In this document: positions 1-7,490 of the stretch, one piece after another
Layout of the letters: every line of letters starts with the position of its first letter
Position numbering within the stretch: the first letter of the stretch is position 1
Origin: Candidatus Nitrospira inopinata
Lineage (GTDB): Bacteria; Nitrospirota; Nitrospiria; Nitrospirales; Nitrospiraceae
Direction: 5' to 3'
Length of the DNA stretch: 32,000 nt
NCBI RefSeq assembly: GCF_001458695.1
Contig: NZ_LN885086.1
Span: forward strand, 1,560,001 to 1,592,000
The notes under the pieces: generated by a model
Seen by the model: the letters and a program-made list of their open reading frames with translations, nothing else
Told to the model about the DNA's origin: nothing
The model's database searches: none
Position numbers and translations under genes: made by a program

Positions 1-2
1 CG

Positions 3-1451
3 ATGGAGCTGGTCCGCGCTCACCTCACGGCCTCCTTCGAGCGGCGATGGGATTACGCCGGTGAAGATCCCCACGAAGACGCGCGGGGCTTTCGCGTGCG
101 GGAGTTGGCGCAAGATAGGGAAGAGGACGAGTTTTCACGGCGCGACGCCCGGCGGCCGTTCTCGTTTCACGAGATGAAAAGCGATCTGGTCTTGCCGAAC
201 GGCGCGCGGTTCTACAACGACCATACCCATCCGGAATATTCGACGCCTGAGTGCCGCACGCTCAAAGATCTGCTGGCCCATGACCGGGCCGGCGAACTGA
301 TCGCGCAGCGGGCGGCGGATCGCCGCAACCGGACGTTGGGCGGAAGCCACGTGCAGTTGTACAAAAACAACACGGACTTTCACGGACACAGTTACGGTTG
401 CCATGACAACTATCTCGTACCCCGATCCATTCCCTTCGCCGGATTGGCGTCCGGGCTGCTTCCGTTTCTGGTGAGCCGTCAAGTGATCGCCGGCGCGGGA
501 AAAGTCGGCGTCGAATCGCAGGAGGAAGGATGGGCGCCGGGGCCCTACCAGCTTTCTCAACGGGCGGACTTCATGGAAACGGAGTTGAGCGTCGATACCA
601 TGCACAACCGACCGATTCTAAACACGCGCGATGAGCCGCACGCCGATCCGAGCAAATATCGCCGCCTGCATCTCATCATCGGCGACGCCAATCTGTGCGA
701 ATACGCAACGGCGCTGAAGGTCGGCACCACCGCGCTCGTTCTGGAATTGATCGAGCGGGAGGGAGCGCCTTCTCTTGAGTTGGATCATCCGGTGGAGGCC
801 GTCAAACGCCTGTCGCGCGACAGCGAGCTCAAGGCGACAGTTCGGCTGCGAAACGGCAAGGCCGTGACCGCCCTGGAGATTCAAGAGCAGTACCGGCGCG
901 CCGCCGAGCGAACGTTGGGCGGCCGCGACGCCGAGACGGACTGGATCCTCAAGGAATGGGGTGAGACGCTCCGGTGGCTGGCCGAAGATCGCCGCCGCCT
1001 CGTCGGGAAATTGGACTGGGTCACGAAACTCTGGTTGCTGGAGACCTTCATGGAGGAAGAACGAATCGAGTGGAATGATCCTTGGCTCGCGAGCTTGGAC
1101 CTGGAATATCACAATATCAATCCCGAGCGCGGCCTCTATCTGGGATTGGAAGCGGAGGGCAGAGTCTGGAGAATGACGACCGACGCCGATGTCGAACGGG
1201 CTTTGTCGGCCGGTCCTCCCGACACCCGAGGAGGAGTGAGGGGGCTGTGCGTCAAACGGTTTGCTTCGTCGATCAAGGCCGTGCAGTGGGAGAGGATTCG
1301 ATTTGCCGAGGGAGCGGACCCCGGCGTGTTGGAAATGGGCGATCTTTTCGAGCCATCCGCCGTGGCGCGTTGCATGGCCCTGTTTCAAGCGGCGACGTCT
1401 CCTCTCGACGCGCTGAAGGAGTGGAATGGCGGGCAGGAGGGACGATCATGA
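3..1451 (+). CDS. dop: Pup-ligase-family enzyme, Dop-like deamidase/depupylase (5' end cut by the window edge)
   Basis: The 482-aa ORF is open to the window edge. It lacks the N-terminal 'FGLETEYG' segment present in its paralog at 3282, so the true start lies upstream. It shares family hallmarks with that paralog: 'HTHPEYSTPEC', 'LYKNNTD..GHSYGCHDNYL', 'FLVSRQVIAGAGKVG' and 'LNTRDEPHAD..KYRRLHLIIGDANL'. I call it Dop rather than PafA mainly from synteny: it sits directly upstream of the Pup-like gene, and its stop overlaps that gene's ATG (ATGA). Confidence 0.8.
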   Translation: MELVRAHLTASFERRWDYAGEDPHEDARGFRVRELAQDREEDEFSRRDARRPFSFHEMKSDLVLPNGARFYNDHTHPEYSTPECRTLKDLLAHDRAGELIAQRAADRRNRTLGGSHVQLYKNNTDFHGHSYGCHDNYLVPRSIPFAGLASGLLPFLVSRQVIAGAGKVGVESQEEGWAPGPYQLSQRADFMETELSVDTMHNRPILNTRDEPHADPSKYRRLHLIIGDANLCEYATALKVGTTALVLELIEREGAPSLELDHPVEAVKRLSRDSELKATVRLRNGKAVTALEIQEQYRRAAERTLGGRDAETDWILKEWGETLRWLAEDRRRLVGKLDWVTKLWLLETFMEEERIEWNDPWLASLDLEYHNINPERGLYLGLEAEGRVWRMTTDADVERALSAGPPDTRGGVRGLCVKRFASSIKAVQWERIRFAEGADPGVLEMGDLFEPSAVARCMALFQAATSPLDALKEWNGGQEGRS

Positions 1452-1639
1452 GAGTCACGATGGCGCCGGAGCGGCGAGAAGGGCCGGTCGATCCGTTTCC
1501 GAAACCGCCGTCTCCTTCTCCGGAACAGGGACCAAGAAGGCCGGACGTTGGGTCGCCGGACAAGGACAATCTGCTGAAGCGGATGAGAAAAGTCGATCCG
1601 AAACAGGCCGAACGGTATCGCCAACGAACGGGGGAGTAG
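1448..1639 (+). CDS. pup: Small Pup-like / UBact-like protein modifier (63 aa, C-terminal ...YRQRTGE)
   Basis: The ATG at 1448 overlaps the dop stop (ATGA). The 63-aa product is MRVTMAPERREGPVDPFPKPPSPSPEQGPRRPDVGSPDKDNLLKRMRKVDPKQAERYRQRTGE. Its position between dop and prcB is the canonical pup slot. It ends in Gly-Glu, the ligation-competent terminus. The N-terminal half is Pro-rich, low-complexity and looks disordered. Confidence 0.75.
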   Translation: MRVTMAPERREGPVDPFPKPPSPSPEQGPRRPDVGSPDKDNLLKRMRKVDPKQAERYRQRTGE

Positions 1640-1689
1640 GTCTCATTCGTCGCCTGCCGGTCGAAAAAGGAGCCTTCTCCTCCGGCGGG

Positions 1690-2484
1690 ATGACAACCGA
1701 AGGGAACGATCAGGAAATGCTGAGCGATTTCTACCAACTGCTCAAGGAACGGGGGTATCGGTTGTGCGCGCCGGTCTCCGACGGCCGGGCCGCCGATATT
1801 CCGAAAGCGACCACGATCGTGGCGTTCAAGTATCGGGACGGCGTCTTGGTGGCGGGCGACCGCCGCGCGACGGCCGGCAACGTGGTGATGTACGACCGAA
1901 CGGACAAGGTGTTGGAGCTGGACCGGTCCTGTGTCATGGCGATCGCGGGCGTGCCGGCCACCGCCTACGAGATGGCCCGTATTCTGGAACATTCCTTCAA
2001 GTACTACCGCCGCACGCAACTCCGGGAATTGAGTTTCGAGGGGAAGTTGCGGGCCCTGTCCAAATTGCTCAAGGACAACGTTCCCGCCGCCCTCTCCGGC
2101 ACCGGCGCGGTGGCGCCGATCTTCGCAGGTTACGATAAGGAAGAGGAAACGGCCAAGATCTACTTCTATGACATTCTCGGCGCGGAATTCGAGGGAGCGG
2201 AGTATGCGGTTTCCGGCTCCGGCTCGCCGATCATCCGCGGGATTCTGCATTATCTGAACACCTGGGGCGGGCAGCCGTTCAAGACCCTGTCCGAAGAACG
2301 AGCCGTCGAACAGGCGCTCCGCCTTCTGACCAGCGCGGCGGAATTCGACTCCGCCACCGGCGGCGTCAATCGGGAAGCCGGTCTCTATCCCGTCGTCAAA
2401 TGTATCACGCCGGCCGGGATCGTCACGGTGCCTGATGAGCGATTGAAGGGTCTCTTTGAGACGAAGGTAGCTTGTCATGTATGA
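1690..2484 (+). CDS. prcB: 20S proteasome beta subunit with propeptide
   Basis: The ATG at 1690 lies in frame within ORF 1426..2484. The upstream part of that ORF overlaps pup and is unlikely to be coding. The segment 'IPKA|TTIVAFKYRDGVLVAGDRRATAGN' matches the Ntn-hydrolase Thr1 context. About 40 aa of propeptide precede the catalytic Thr. 'GSGS' lies downstream. Confidence 0.9.
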   Translation: MTTEGNDQEMLSDFYQLLKERGYRLCAPVSDGRAADIPKATTIVAFKYRDGVLVAGDRRATAGNVVMYDRTDKVLELDRSCVMAIAGVPATAYEMARILEHSFKYYRRTQLRELSFEGKLRALSKLLKDNVPAALSGTGAVAPIFAGYDKEEETAKIYFYDILGAEFEGAEYAVSGSGSPIIRGILHYLNTWGGQPFKTLSEERAVEQALRLLTSAAEFDSATGGVNREAGLYPVVKCITPAGIVTVPDERLKGLFETKVACHV

Positions 2485-3280
2485 GGAGCCCTACCGATGG
2501 GTTGAAGCGGTCGCGAACCGGCGCCAGTACCTGGACGACCAATTTAGGGAAGGCAGTCCGGTGGTCGGCCTGGCCTATGACGGCGGCGTTCTTCTGTTGA
2601 CGGTCAGCAAGGGCACGCCCAAGCTGTATGAAATCTACGACCGTCTGGCGCTGGGCGGCATGGGACATCCCGCCGATTTGGAGAAGCTGCGCTTCTCGCT
2701 CCTCGAAACGGCCCATGTCGAAGGATTCAACCGGTCTCCTTCCGACGTGACCGGCCTGCGAATGGTCAAGTATGGGATGGCCCCCCTGCTGAAACAGGCG
2801 TTCGAAGAAGTGTTCAAGGCGCCGTTTATCGCGAAACTGTTGCTGGCCGAATTGGGGACGAAAACCGGTGTCTCCTCGTTCCTCACGGTCGAGTACGACG
2901 GCACGTTTGAGGAGGAGACGCACTGCGCGGCCTTGGCGGCGACATCGGCCGCTCGACGGTCGATGCTCGACTTCCTCAAACGGACGGCTTCTGAGCGGGC
3001 GCCGCTTGATCGCGCCGTGGCAAGCGCTCTTCAGGCCTGGGCCGTCGGCGATTTGGCTCAACGCCGGGCCCAAGCCGATGAGTCGGAAACGACGCAACGG
3101 ACCGTCACGGACGACCGCGCCGAATTGCTCGCGCACTTGCGGGAACGGGTCTTGGGCAAGACGATCGAATGCGCGCTGTTGGATCACAATGAACGGGGCC
3201 CCTCCAAATATCGGACATTGACGCAGGATGACATGGCTCGGCTGGCGCCTCCCGACTTCAAGACCGCCCTGTTCACCTGA
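2477..3280 (+). CDS. prcA: 20S proteasome alpha subunit
   Basis: The 267-aa ORF starts 8 nt inside the prcB 3' end (ATGTATGA). It has a proteasome-alpha-like N-terminal region ('GSPVVGLAYDGGVLLLT', 'LYEIYDRLALGGMGHPADLE') and no Thr1 active-site context. It sits in the canonical position after prcB. Confidence 0.85.
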   Translation: MYEEPYRWVEAVANRRQYLDDQFREGSPVVGLAYDGGVLLLTVSKGTPKLYEIYDRLALGGMGHPADLEKLRFSLLETAHVEGFNRSPSDVTGLRMVKYGMAPLLKQAFEEVFKAPFIAKLLLAELGTKTGVSSFLTVEYDGTFEEETHCAALAATSAARRSMLDFLKRTASERAPLDRAVASALQAWAVGDLAQRRAQADESETTQRTVTDDRAELLAHLRERVLGKTIECALLDHNERGPSKYRTLTQDDMARLAPPDFKTALFT

Positions 3281-3281
3281 C

Positions 3282-4793
3282 ATGCTCAACCGGATTTTTG
3301 GCCTGGAAACCGAATACGGGCTGCTGATCCATCAGGACCAACCGGACCATTCGCCCGCCTGGTTTGCGCATCACATTCGCGACCATGTGTTTCGCACCCA
3401 GCGGCGGGGTGTGCTGGATCTTCACCGGCGGGGGCACGACGAGCCGCCGGGCAACGGCGGGTTTTTGACGAACGCCGGCAGGCTCTATCTCGACATGGGC
3501 CATTTGGAATATGCCTCGCCCGAATGCCGTTCGCTCGTGGATTTGGTGGCGACCGATCGGGCGGGAGACCTCCTGCTTCAACGAACGATCGAAGAACTCG
3601 GCTACGGCGACAAGATTTCGCTGATCAAGAACAACATCGACCACGAAACGGACGCCACGTTCGGGTCGCACGAAAATTATCTGGTGACCAGACGGTTTCC
3701 CTTCAGCCGACGTGGGCTTGCTCCGTTGGTCTCGTTTCTGGTGACTCGCCAGATCTTCACGGGGGCCGGACGGATAGGGGTGTCGGTGCCGACGGAAGTC
3801 TGGATTCAGCAAGGCCGCTTGATCGTCCTGCGGACGGTCTTTTCTCAGGACGAGGCGCAGGTTCCCTTTCAAATTTCGCAGCGGGCCGATCACATCGTGA
3901 ACGACTTCTTCGAATGGGTGCAGCACAACCGCGCCATCGTGAACACAAGGGATGAACCGCTGGCGGACCCGAATCAGTACCGCCGCATCCACCTGCTCCT
4001 CGGCGATTCCAACATGGCCGAGTTCGCGACGGCGTTGAAGATGGGCACGACCGGGCTGGTGTTGCAGTTGATCGAGGACGGAAAGGCCCCGGACGGGCTG
4101 GATATTGATGAGCCGGTGGACGCTCTGCAAGACATCTCGCGAGATCAAGATCGCCGGTGGATCGTCCGGCTGCAATCGGGCAAAACGATGTCCGCCATCG
4201 ACATTCAAGAGCAGTTTCTTGCCGCGGCGCGGCGGGCCTATGCCGGACAGGATGAAGAAACGGACTGGGTGTTGGACCAATGGCAAACGGTCTTGGAGGA
4301 TTTACGGGGAGACTATGCCAAGCTGGTCGGGCGGATCGATTGGGCATCGAAACTGTGGTTGCTCGAATCGTTTCGAGAGGCCGAGGGAGTTGAGTGGGAC
4401 GATCCGATCCTGAAAAGTCTCGATTTGGAGTACCATAACCTGCACGGCCAGAAGGGGCTGTATTATGGGCTGGTCCAGGAGGGGCGCGCGCCTCGCCTCA
4501 CGACGGACAAGGCCATTGAATTGGCAGCCGCCCACGCGCCGAAGAATACCCGCGCCTTCGGGCGAGGCGAGCTTGTCAAACGTTTGCTGTTGGCCGGTGC
4601 GGGTGATGCACACGATGGGCCTGATGCGGGGGAATTCACGGAGGGCAGTTTCCCTCCTTACGTCATCCATTGGTCCATCTTTCAGGTGCGAGGTCGGCCT
4701 CCGGTCCCGATGCCGGACCCGTTTAATACTTACGTGCGGGAAGTCAGGGCCCTGTTCGAACGTGAAACTCCGGACGCTCCCTTGCCGTCGTAA
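3282..4793 (+). CDS. pafA: Pup-ligase-family enzyme, PafA-like ligase
   Basis: The ATG at 3282 lies 1 nt after the prcA stop. Family motifs present are the N-terminal 'MLNRIFGLETEYGLL', 'GHLEYASPEC', 'IKNNIDHETDATFGSHENYLV', 'FLVTRQIFTGAGRIG' and 'VNTRDEPLADPNQYRRIHLLLGDSNM'. It is a paralog of the ORF at 3..1451. I call it PafA because it sits downstream of prcA. Confidence 0.8.
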   Translation: MLNRIFGLETEYGLLIHQDQPDHSPAWFAHHIRDHVFRTQRRGVLDLHRRGHDEPPGNGGFLTNAGRLYLDMGHLEYASPECRSLVDLVATDRAGDLLLQRTIEELGYGDKISLIKNNIDHETDATFGSHENYLVTRRFPFSRRGLAPLVSFLVTRQIFTGAGRIGVSVPTEVWIQQGRLIVLRTVFSQDEAQVPFQISQRADHIVNDFFEWVQHNRAIVNTRDEPLADPNQYRRIHLLLGDSNMAEFATALKMGTTGLVLQLIEDGKAPDGLDIDEPVDALQDISRDQDRRWIVRLQSGKTMSAIDIQEQFLAAARRAYAGQDEETDWVLDQWQTVLEDLRGDYAKLVGRIDWASKLWLLESFREAEGVEWDDPILKSLDLEYHNLHGQKGLYYGLVQEGRAPRLTTDKAIELAAAHAPKNTRAFGRGELVKRLLLAGAGDAHDGPDAGEFTEGSFPPYVIHWSIFQVRGRPPVPMPDPFNTYVREVRALFERETPDAPLPS

Positions 4794-5784
4794 ATCCTTT
4801 CGTGCCTTCCCGCAGAAAATCGACGATCCTGTTTTCGGCCCAATAGGCGTCTTCCCCATTTCGGCTGCGGTGATAGAACCCGCAATGGCCTCCGTGCCGG
4901 GGAGCAACCAGGCGGATCAGCGGATGGTCAAGGATAGTCGGCACGGTGAACATTGGATATGGAATAAACGGGTCATCTTGGGCCGTGATGATCAAGGTGG
5001 GGACGGCAAGGGACCCCACCACGTGCCGCGCTCCAGCCCGGTCATAATAGTCCGCGCCGCTTTGGTATCCTCCATCGGGGGCGGTGTACCAGTGATCGAA
5101 CTCACTGATGCGGGTGATGGTATCGAGGCGAGCCAGATCCCACTTGCCTGGAAACAGAACAGCCTTGCGCCGCAGCCGAGCCTTGAGCCCATTCAAAAAA
5201 TGACGGTGATAGAGCCAATTGCGAGGCTCCTCCAGCGCACGGGCGCACACCGTCGGATCGATGTTCGGGCAGACGGCCGCGACACCGGCCAAGGCAGGCT
5301 CATCGTTGCCCAGCTCACCAGCTGCCTTGAGGACCAGATTGCCGCCCATGGAGTAGCCGACGAGCCAGATGCGATTGAGGCCGTCTCGTGTGGCCAGTTC
5401 TCGCACAATCGCGCGGTAGTCGTTGCTCAAGCCACTGTTGTAGAGGGTCGGGGAGAGGTGCTCCGTGCCGCCGCAGTTGCGCTGGTTCATCCGAATGACG
5501 TTGAACCCGGCCCGATAGGCCTTGGCCGCGATGCCGAGCATGTAACGCGAGTCGCTCGATCCTTCGAGCCCATGGACCAATACGACCGTGGGAGCGGACG
5601 TTCGGTCGCGTTGCCAGTGGCAATGGCCGAGCAGTTGCGTGGCAGGCTCCGTGGCGAAGACGCGAGATTCGTGAGGCAGGTCCGTGAGCAACGTCGTTCG
5701 CGGGAGGTACCGAGGCACGAGCGTCATGAGATGGGGATTGCGCAGCAAGAGCGGCGGCTCGTAGATGGGAATCGGATCGACCAT
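4744..5784 (-). CDS. Alpha/beta-fold hydrolase, YheT/ABHD1-3-like
   Basis: The protein has 'VVLVHGLEGSSDSRYM', a nucleophile elbow 'GYSMGGN', 'AQDDPFIP' (Asp) and 'HGGHCGF' (His). I place the start at the ATG at 5784 (MVDPIPIYEPP...). The longer ORF start at 5928 has no Shine-Dalgarno (SD) ribosome-binding site and would abut the well-supported divergent gene at 5927. The 3' end overlaps the pafA 3' end by 50 nt. Confidence 0.75.
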   Translation of the reverse strand: MVDPIPIYEPPLLLRNPHLMTLVPRYLPRTTLLTDLPHESRVFATEPATQLLGHCHWQRDRTSAPTVVLVHGLEGSSDSRYMLGIAAKAYRAGFNVIRMNQRNCGGTEHLSPTLYNSGLSNDYRAIVRELATRDGLNRIWLVGYSMGGNLVLKAAGELGNDEPALAGVAAVCPNIDPTVCARALEEPRNWLYHRHFLNGLKARLRRKAVLFPGKWDLARLDTITRISEFDHWYTAPDGGYQSGADYYDRAGARHVVGSLAVPTLIITAQDDPFIPYPMFTVPTILDHPLIRLVAPRHGGHCGFYHRSRNGEDAYWAENRIVDFLREGTKGFTTARERPEFHVRTGP

Positions 5785-5851
5785 GGCGCTTTCATCATAG
5801 CGTAAAAGCCGATTGAGACGCAGAGCGAAAACGGATTGGGCTCCGGCAGGG

Positions 5852-5880
5852 CTGGAACTTTCTCGCTCGCCGAGTATAAT
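5852..5880 (+). promoter_or_regulatory. Putative sigma70 promoter for the 5927 gene (perfect -10 TATAAT at 5875-5880, weak -35)
   Basis: TATAAT at 5875-5880 lies 47 nt upstream of the ATG at 5927. That ATG is preceded by an AGGAG SD. The -35 region (CTGGAA at a 17-nt spacer) matches only 3 of 6 positions. Confidence 0.35.
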
Positions 5881-5926
5881 GACGGCCGAAGCTTGTTGAG
5901 CATCCTGTGAAAAAGGAGAAAAACCC

Positions 5927-6295
5927 ATGGCGTTGCGAGATGCGAAGAGAAGGATTTATGCGTGGCGTGTGCTTGCTGCGGCAATGATGCTGGGAATCAT
6001 CATGGGGAGCGGAGGGCCCGCGTTCGCGGAAGAGAAATCGTCGTCGGCCTCGGACAACGTGGCGTTGCAGGTGACAAGCTGGTTGCTCACGGCGCCCTAC
6101 GGGACCTTCAAGGCGGCCTATGCCATCGGCGGCTCGATTGTCGGGGGAATCGTCTGGCTGGGGACCGGAGGAAACACGCAAACGGCCAAATCCATCTGGG
6201 GACCGGCCATCACCGGCGACTACATCATCCGGCCGGAAAACCTTGCCGGTCAGAGGCCGCTTCATTTCGTCGGCAAGACCGACAAGACCGAGTAG
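5927..6295 (+). CDS. Hypothetical small secreted/membrane protein with a Gly-rich hydrophobic segment
   Basis: A strong SD precedes the start (AAAGGAGAAAAACCC-ATG). There is a signal-peptide-like N-terminus (...GGPAFA|EE) and a glycine-zipper-like hydrophobic stretch 'AAYAIGGSIVGGIVWLGTGG'. I recognise no family. Confidence 0.65.
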   Translation: MALRDAKRRIYAWRVLAAAMMLGIIMGSGGPAFAEEKSSSASDNVALQVTSWLLTAPYGTFKAAYAIGGSIVGGIVWLGTGGNTQTAKSIWGPAITGDYIIRPENLAGQRPLHFVGKTDKTE

Positions 6296-6325
6296 AAGCG
6301 AGAGACTCTGGCCTGGGGAAGCGGA

Positions 6326-6835
6326 CTAGGGAGCGTCCGGAAATAAGATATAGGGCTTCGGCGGCTCCTGATCGGGTGGGACAAAAGCCGGCGCCGGTTC
6401 ACCCGCCGGGCCCAAGCTCTTAATGAATCGATAAATCGCCCGCAGATCTTGCTCGGTCATTTCCCGAAGAACGTACCACGGCATGGGCGGGCGAAATTCC
6501 ACCGTTCGCGCGACCGTGAGCCATTGTTCTTCAGTAAGCCGCTGCATGGCGAGCCGCAGATTGCTCGAATAGGTCGTTCCCCAGGGGCCACGCCAGCCGA
6601 TCCGGTCTCCCATCAGCCAGTCTTTTTCGGGAATTTTTCCCGCCGCATCCGCATAGCCGGCCGTGTGGCAATCGTTACAACCCGCCACAATGACCAAATA
6701 CCGACCTCGCTCAAGCAGTTTCTTCTCCGCAGCGCTGGGTGCGGCGCTGACGTCTCCGGCGGCAATGGCGCCGGCCAAATATCCTATTCCAATCCCGGAG
6801 CGCATGACGCTCGTCAGGGCTCTGGGTAATCTCAT
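6326..6835 (-). CDS. Monohaem c-type cytochrome (secreted)
   Basis: There is a single haem-binding motif 'CNDCH' after a hydrophobic N-terminal signal. 'RPPMPW' supplies a candidate distal Met ligand. An AAGGAGA SD lies 8-9 nt upstream of the ATG at 6835. Confidence 0.8.
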   Translation of the reverse strand: MRLPRALTSVMRSGIGIGYLAGAIAAGDVSAAPSAAEKKLLERGRYLVIVAGCNDCHTAGYADAAGKIPEKDWLMGDRIGWRGPWGTTYSSNLRLAMQRLTEEQWLTVARTVEFRPPMPWYVLREMTEQDLRAIYRFIKSLGPAGEPAPAFVPPDQEPPKPYILFPDAP

Positions 6836-6995
6836 AAAGGCGGTCTCCTTTGCACGAACGGGAGAACGGGCGACATTATGAAGACAAACCGGTGAGTTTC
6901 GTCAAGACTTCCATAGCCCGTGCGCTTTGAACTATGCAAATCCGCGAGATGGGCTGTTTTCAATGAGGATCTTCTCCGATGTAGGTGGAGTCTGC

Positions 6996-7034
6996 AAAAA
7001 AATCGGCCGTTGCTCCAAGGATAAGCAGCGGCCG
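6996..7034 (-). terminator. Intrinsic terminator downstream of tRNA-Asn
   Basis: A 10-bp stem pairs CGGCCGTTGC (7004-7013) with GCAGCGGCCG (7025-7034), including one G-U pair, around an 11-nt loop. On the minus strand it is followed by a run of 7 T (plus-strand A-run 6996-7002). Confidence 0.7.
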
Positions 7035-7048
7035 TTTCTCATCGGCAT

Positions 7049-7124
7049 TGGCTCCCCGGGCAGGACTCGAACCTGCGACCAGCCGGTTAACAGCCGGCTG
7101 CTCTACCAACTGAGCTACCGGGGA
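7049..7124 (-). tRNA. tRNA-Asn (anticodon GUU), CCA encoded
   Basis: The minus-strand sequence is TCCCCGGTAGCTCAGTTGGTAGAGCAGCCGGCTGTTAACCGGCTGGTCGCAGGTTCGAGTCCTGCCCGGGGAGCCA. The 7-bp acceptor stem is TCCCCGG/CCGGGGA. The anticodon loop is CTGTTAA, giving GTT. The T-arm reads GGTTCGAGTCC. Total length is 76 nt. Confidence 0.95.
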
Positions 7125-7187
7125 ACGATTGTTCAGTTCAGAGGTGCTGCATTCTAACAAATGTCGAAGGAAGAGGGGAACGAAATT

Positions 7188-7457
7188 TTAGACGTCAAAG
7201 TCTTCGGTTTCGTCCTCGTCGGTCGAGGCGTCGGTATTGCCGTCGGCGAGGGCGGCATAGTGCCTGGCCCAGGTAAGGTACAGGTTTCCGCTGTCGCGCA
7301 TCGTGTGGGCGGCCATAATCAGTTTTTCAACCAGCTCCGGGTCTTTGCCGGTGGCCTGGATCACCGCGGCTCGCCGCTCAATGGCTCGTGGATACTCATT
7401 CAGCAAGGCGCCGATCTCGCTGAGCAGTTCGTCAAGGACGTTGTCTTCGTCTTGCAT
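7188..7457 (-). CDS. Hypothetical small acidic protein (89 aa)
   Basis: A GGGAGA SD lies about 8 nt upstream of the ATG. Third-codon positions are GC-rich, like the neighbouring genes. The product is predicted helical with a strongly acidic tail 'TDASTDEDETEDFDV'. I recognise no family. Confidence 0.6.
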   Translation of the reverse strand: MQDEDNVLDELLSEIGALLNEYPRAIERRAAVIQATGKDPELVEKLIMAAHTMRDSGNLYLTWARHYAALADGNTDASTDEDETEDFDV

Positions 7458-7490
7458 ACTGATTCTCCCAGATTAGCGCTCGGCAGGGCC

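Noticed and set aside
1273-2478. 401-aa ORF on the minus strand, antisense to the pup-like gene and prcB
   Set aside because: It lies opposite genes supported by strong motifs. Its translation is Arg/Gly/Pro/Ala-rich, as expected for a shadow ORF in GC-rich DNA. It has no SD and no recognisable motifs.
3273-4286. 337-aa minus-strand ORF antisense to pafA (also 3757..4347 and 4302..4907)
   Set aside because: These are shadow ORFs opposite a motif-supported gene, with low-complexity Arg/Pro-rich translations.
4465-5805. 446-aa plus-strand ORF overlapping the pafA 3' end and antisense to the alpha/beta hydrolase
   Set aside because: The hydrolase on the minus strand has a clear GxSxG/Asp/His catalytic pattern. 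This ORF has none and is Arg/Gly-rich.
4744-5928. Longer version of the hydrolase gene starting at 5928
   Set aside because: There is no SD upstream. It would overlap the SD-supported divergent gene at 5927 start-to-start and swallow the shared promoter region. The extra 48 residues are not hydrolase-like. I keep it only as a less likely alternative start.
6927-7160. Two small ORFs (76 aa plus strand, 66 aa minus strand) covering 6927-7160
   Set aside because: They run through the tRNA-Asn gene and its terminator, so the sequence is explained by the RNA gene.
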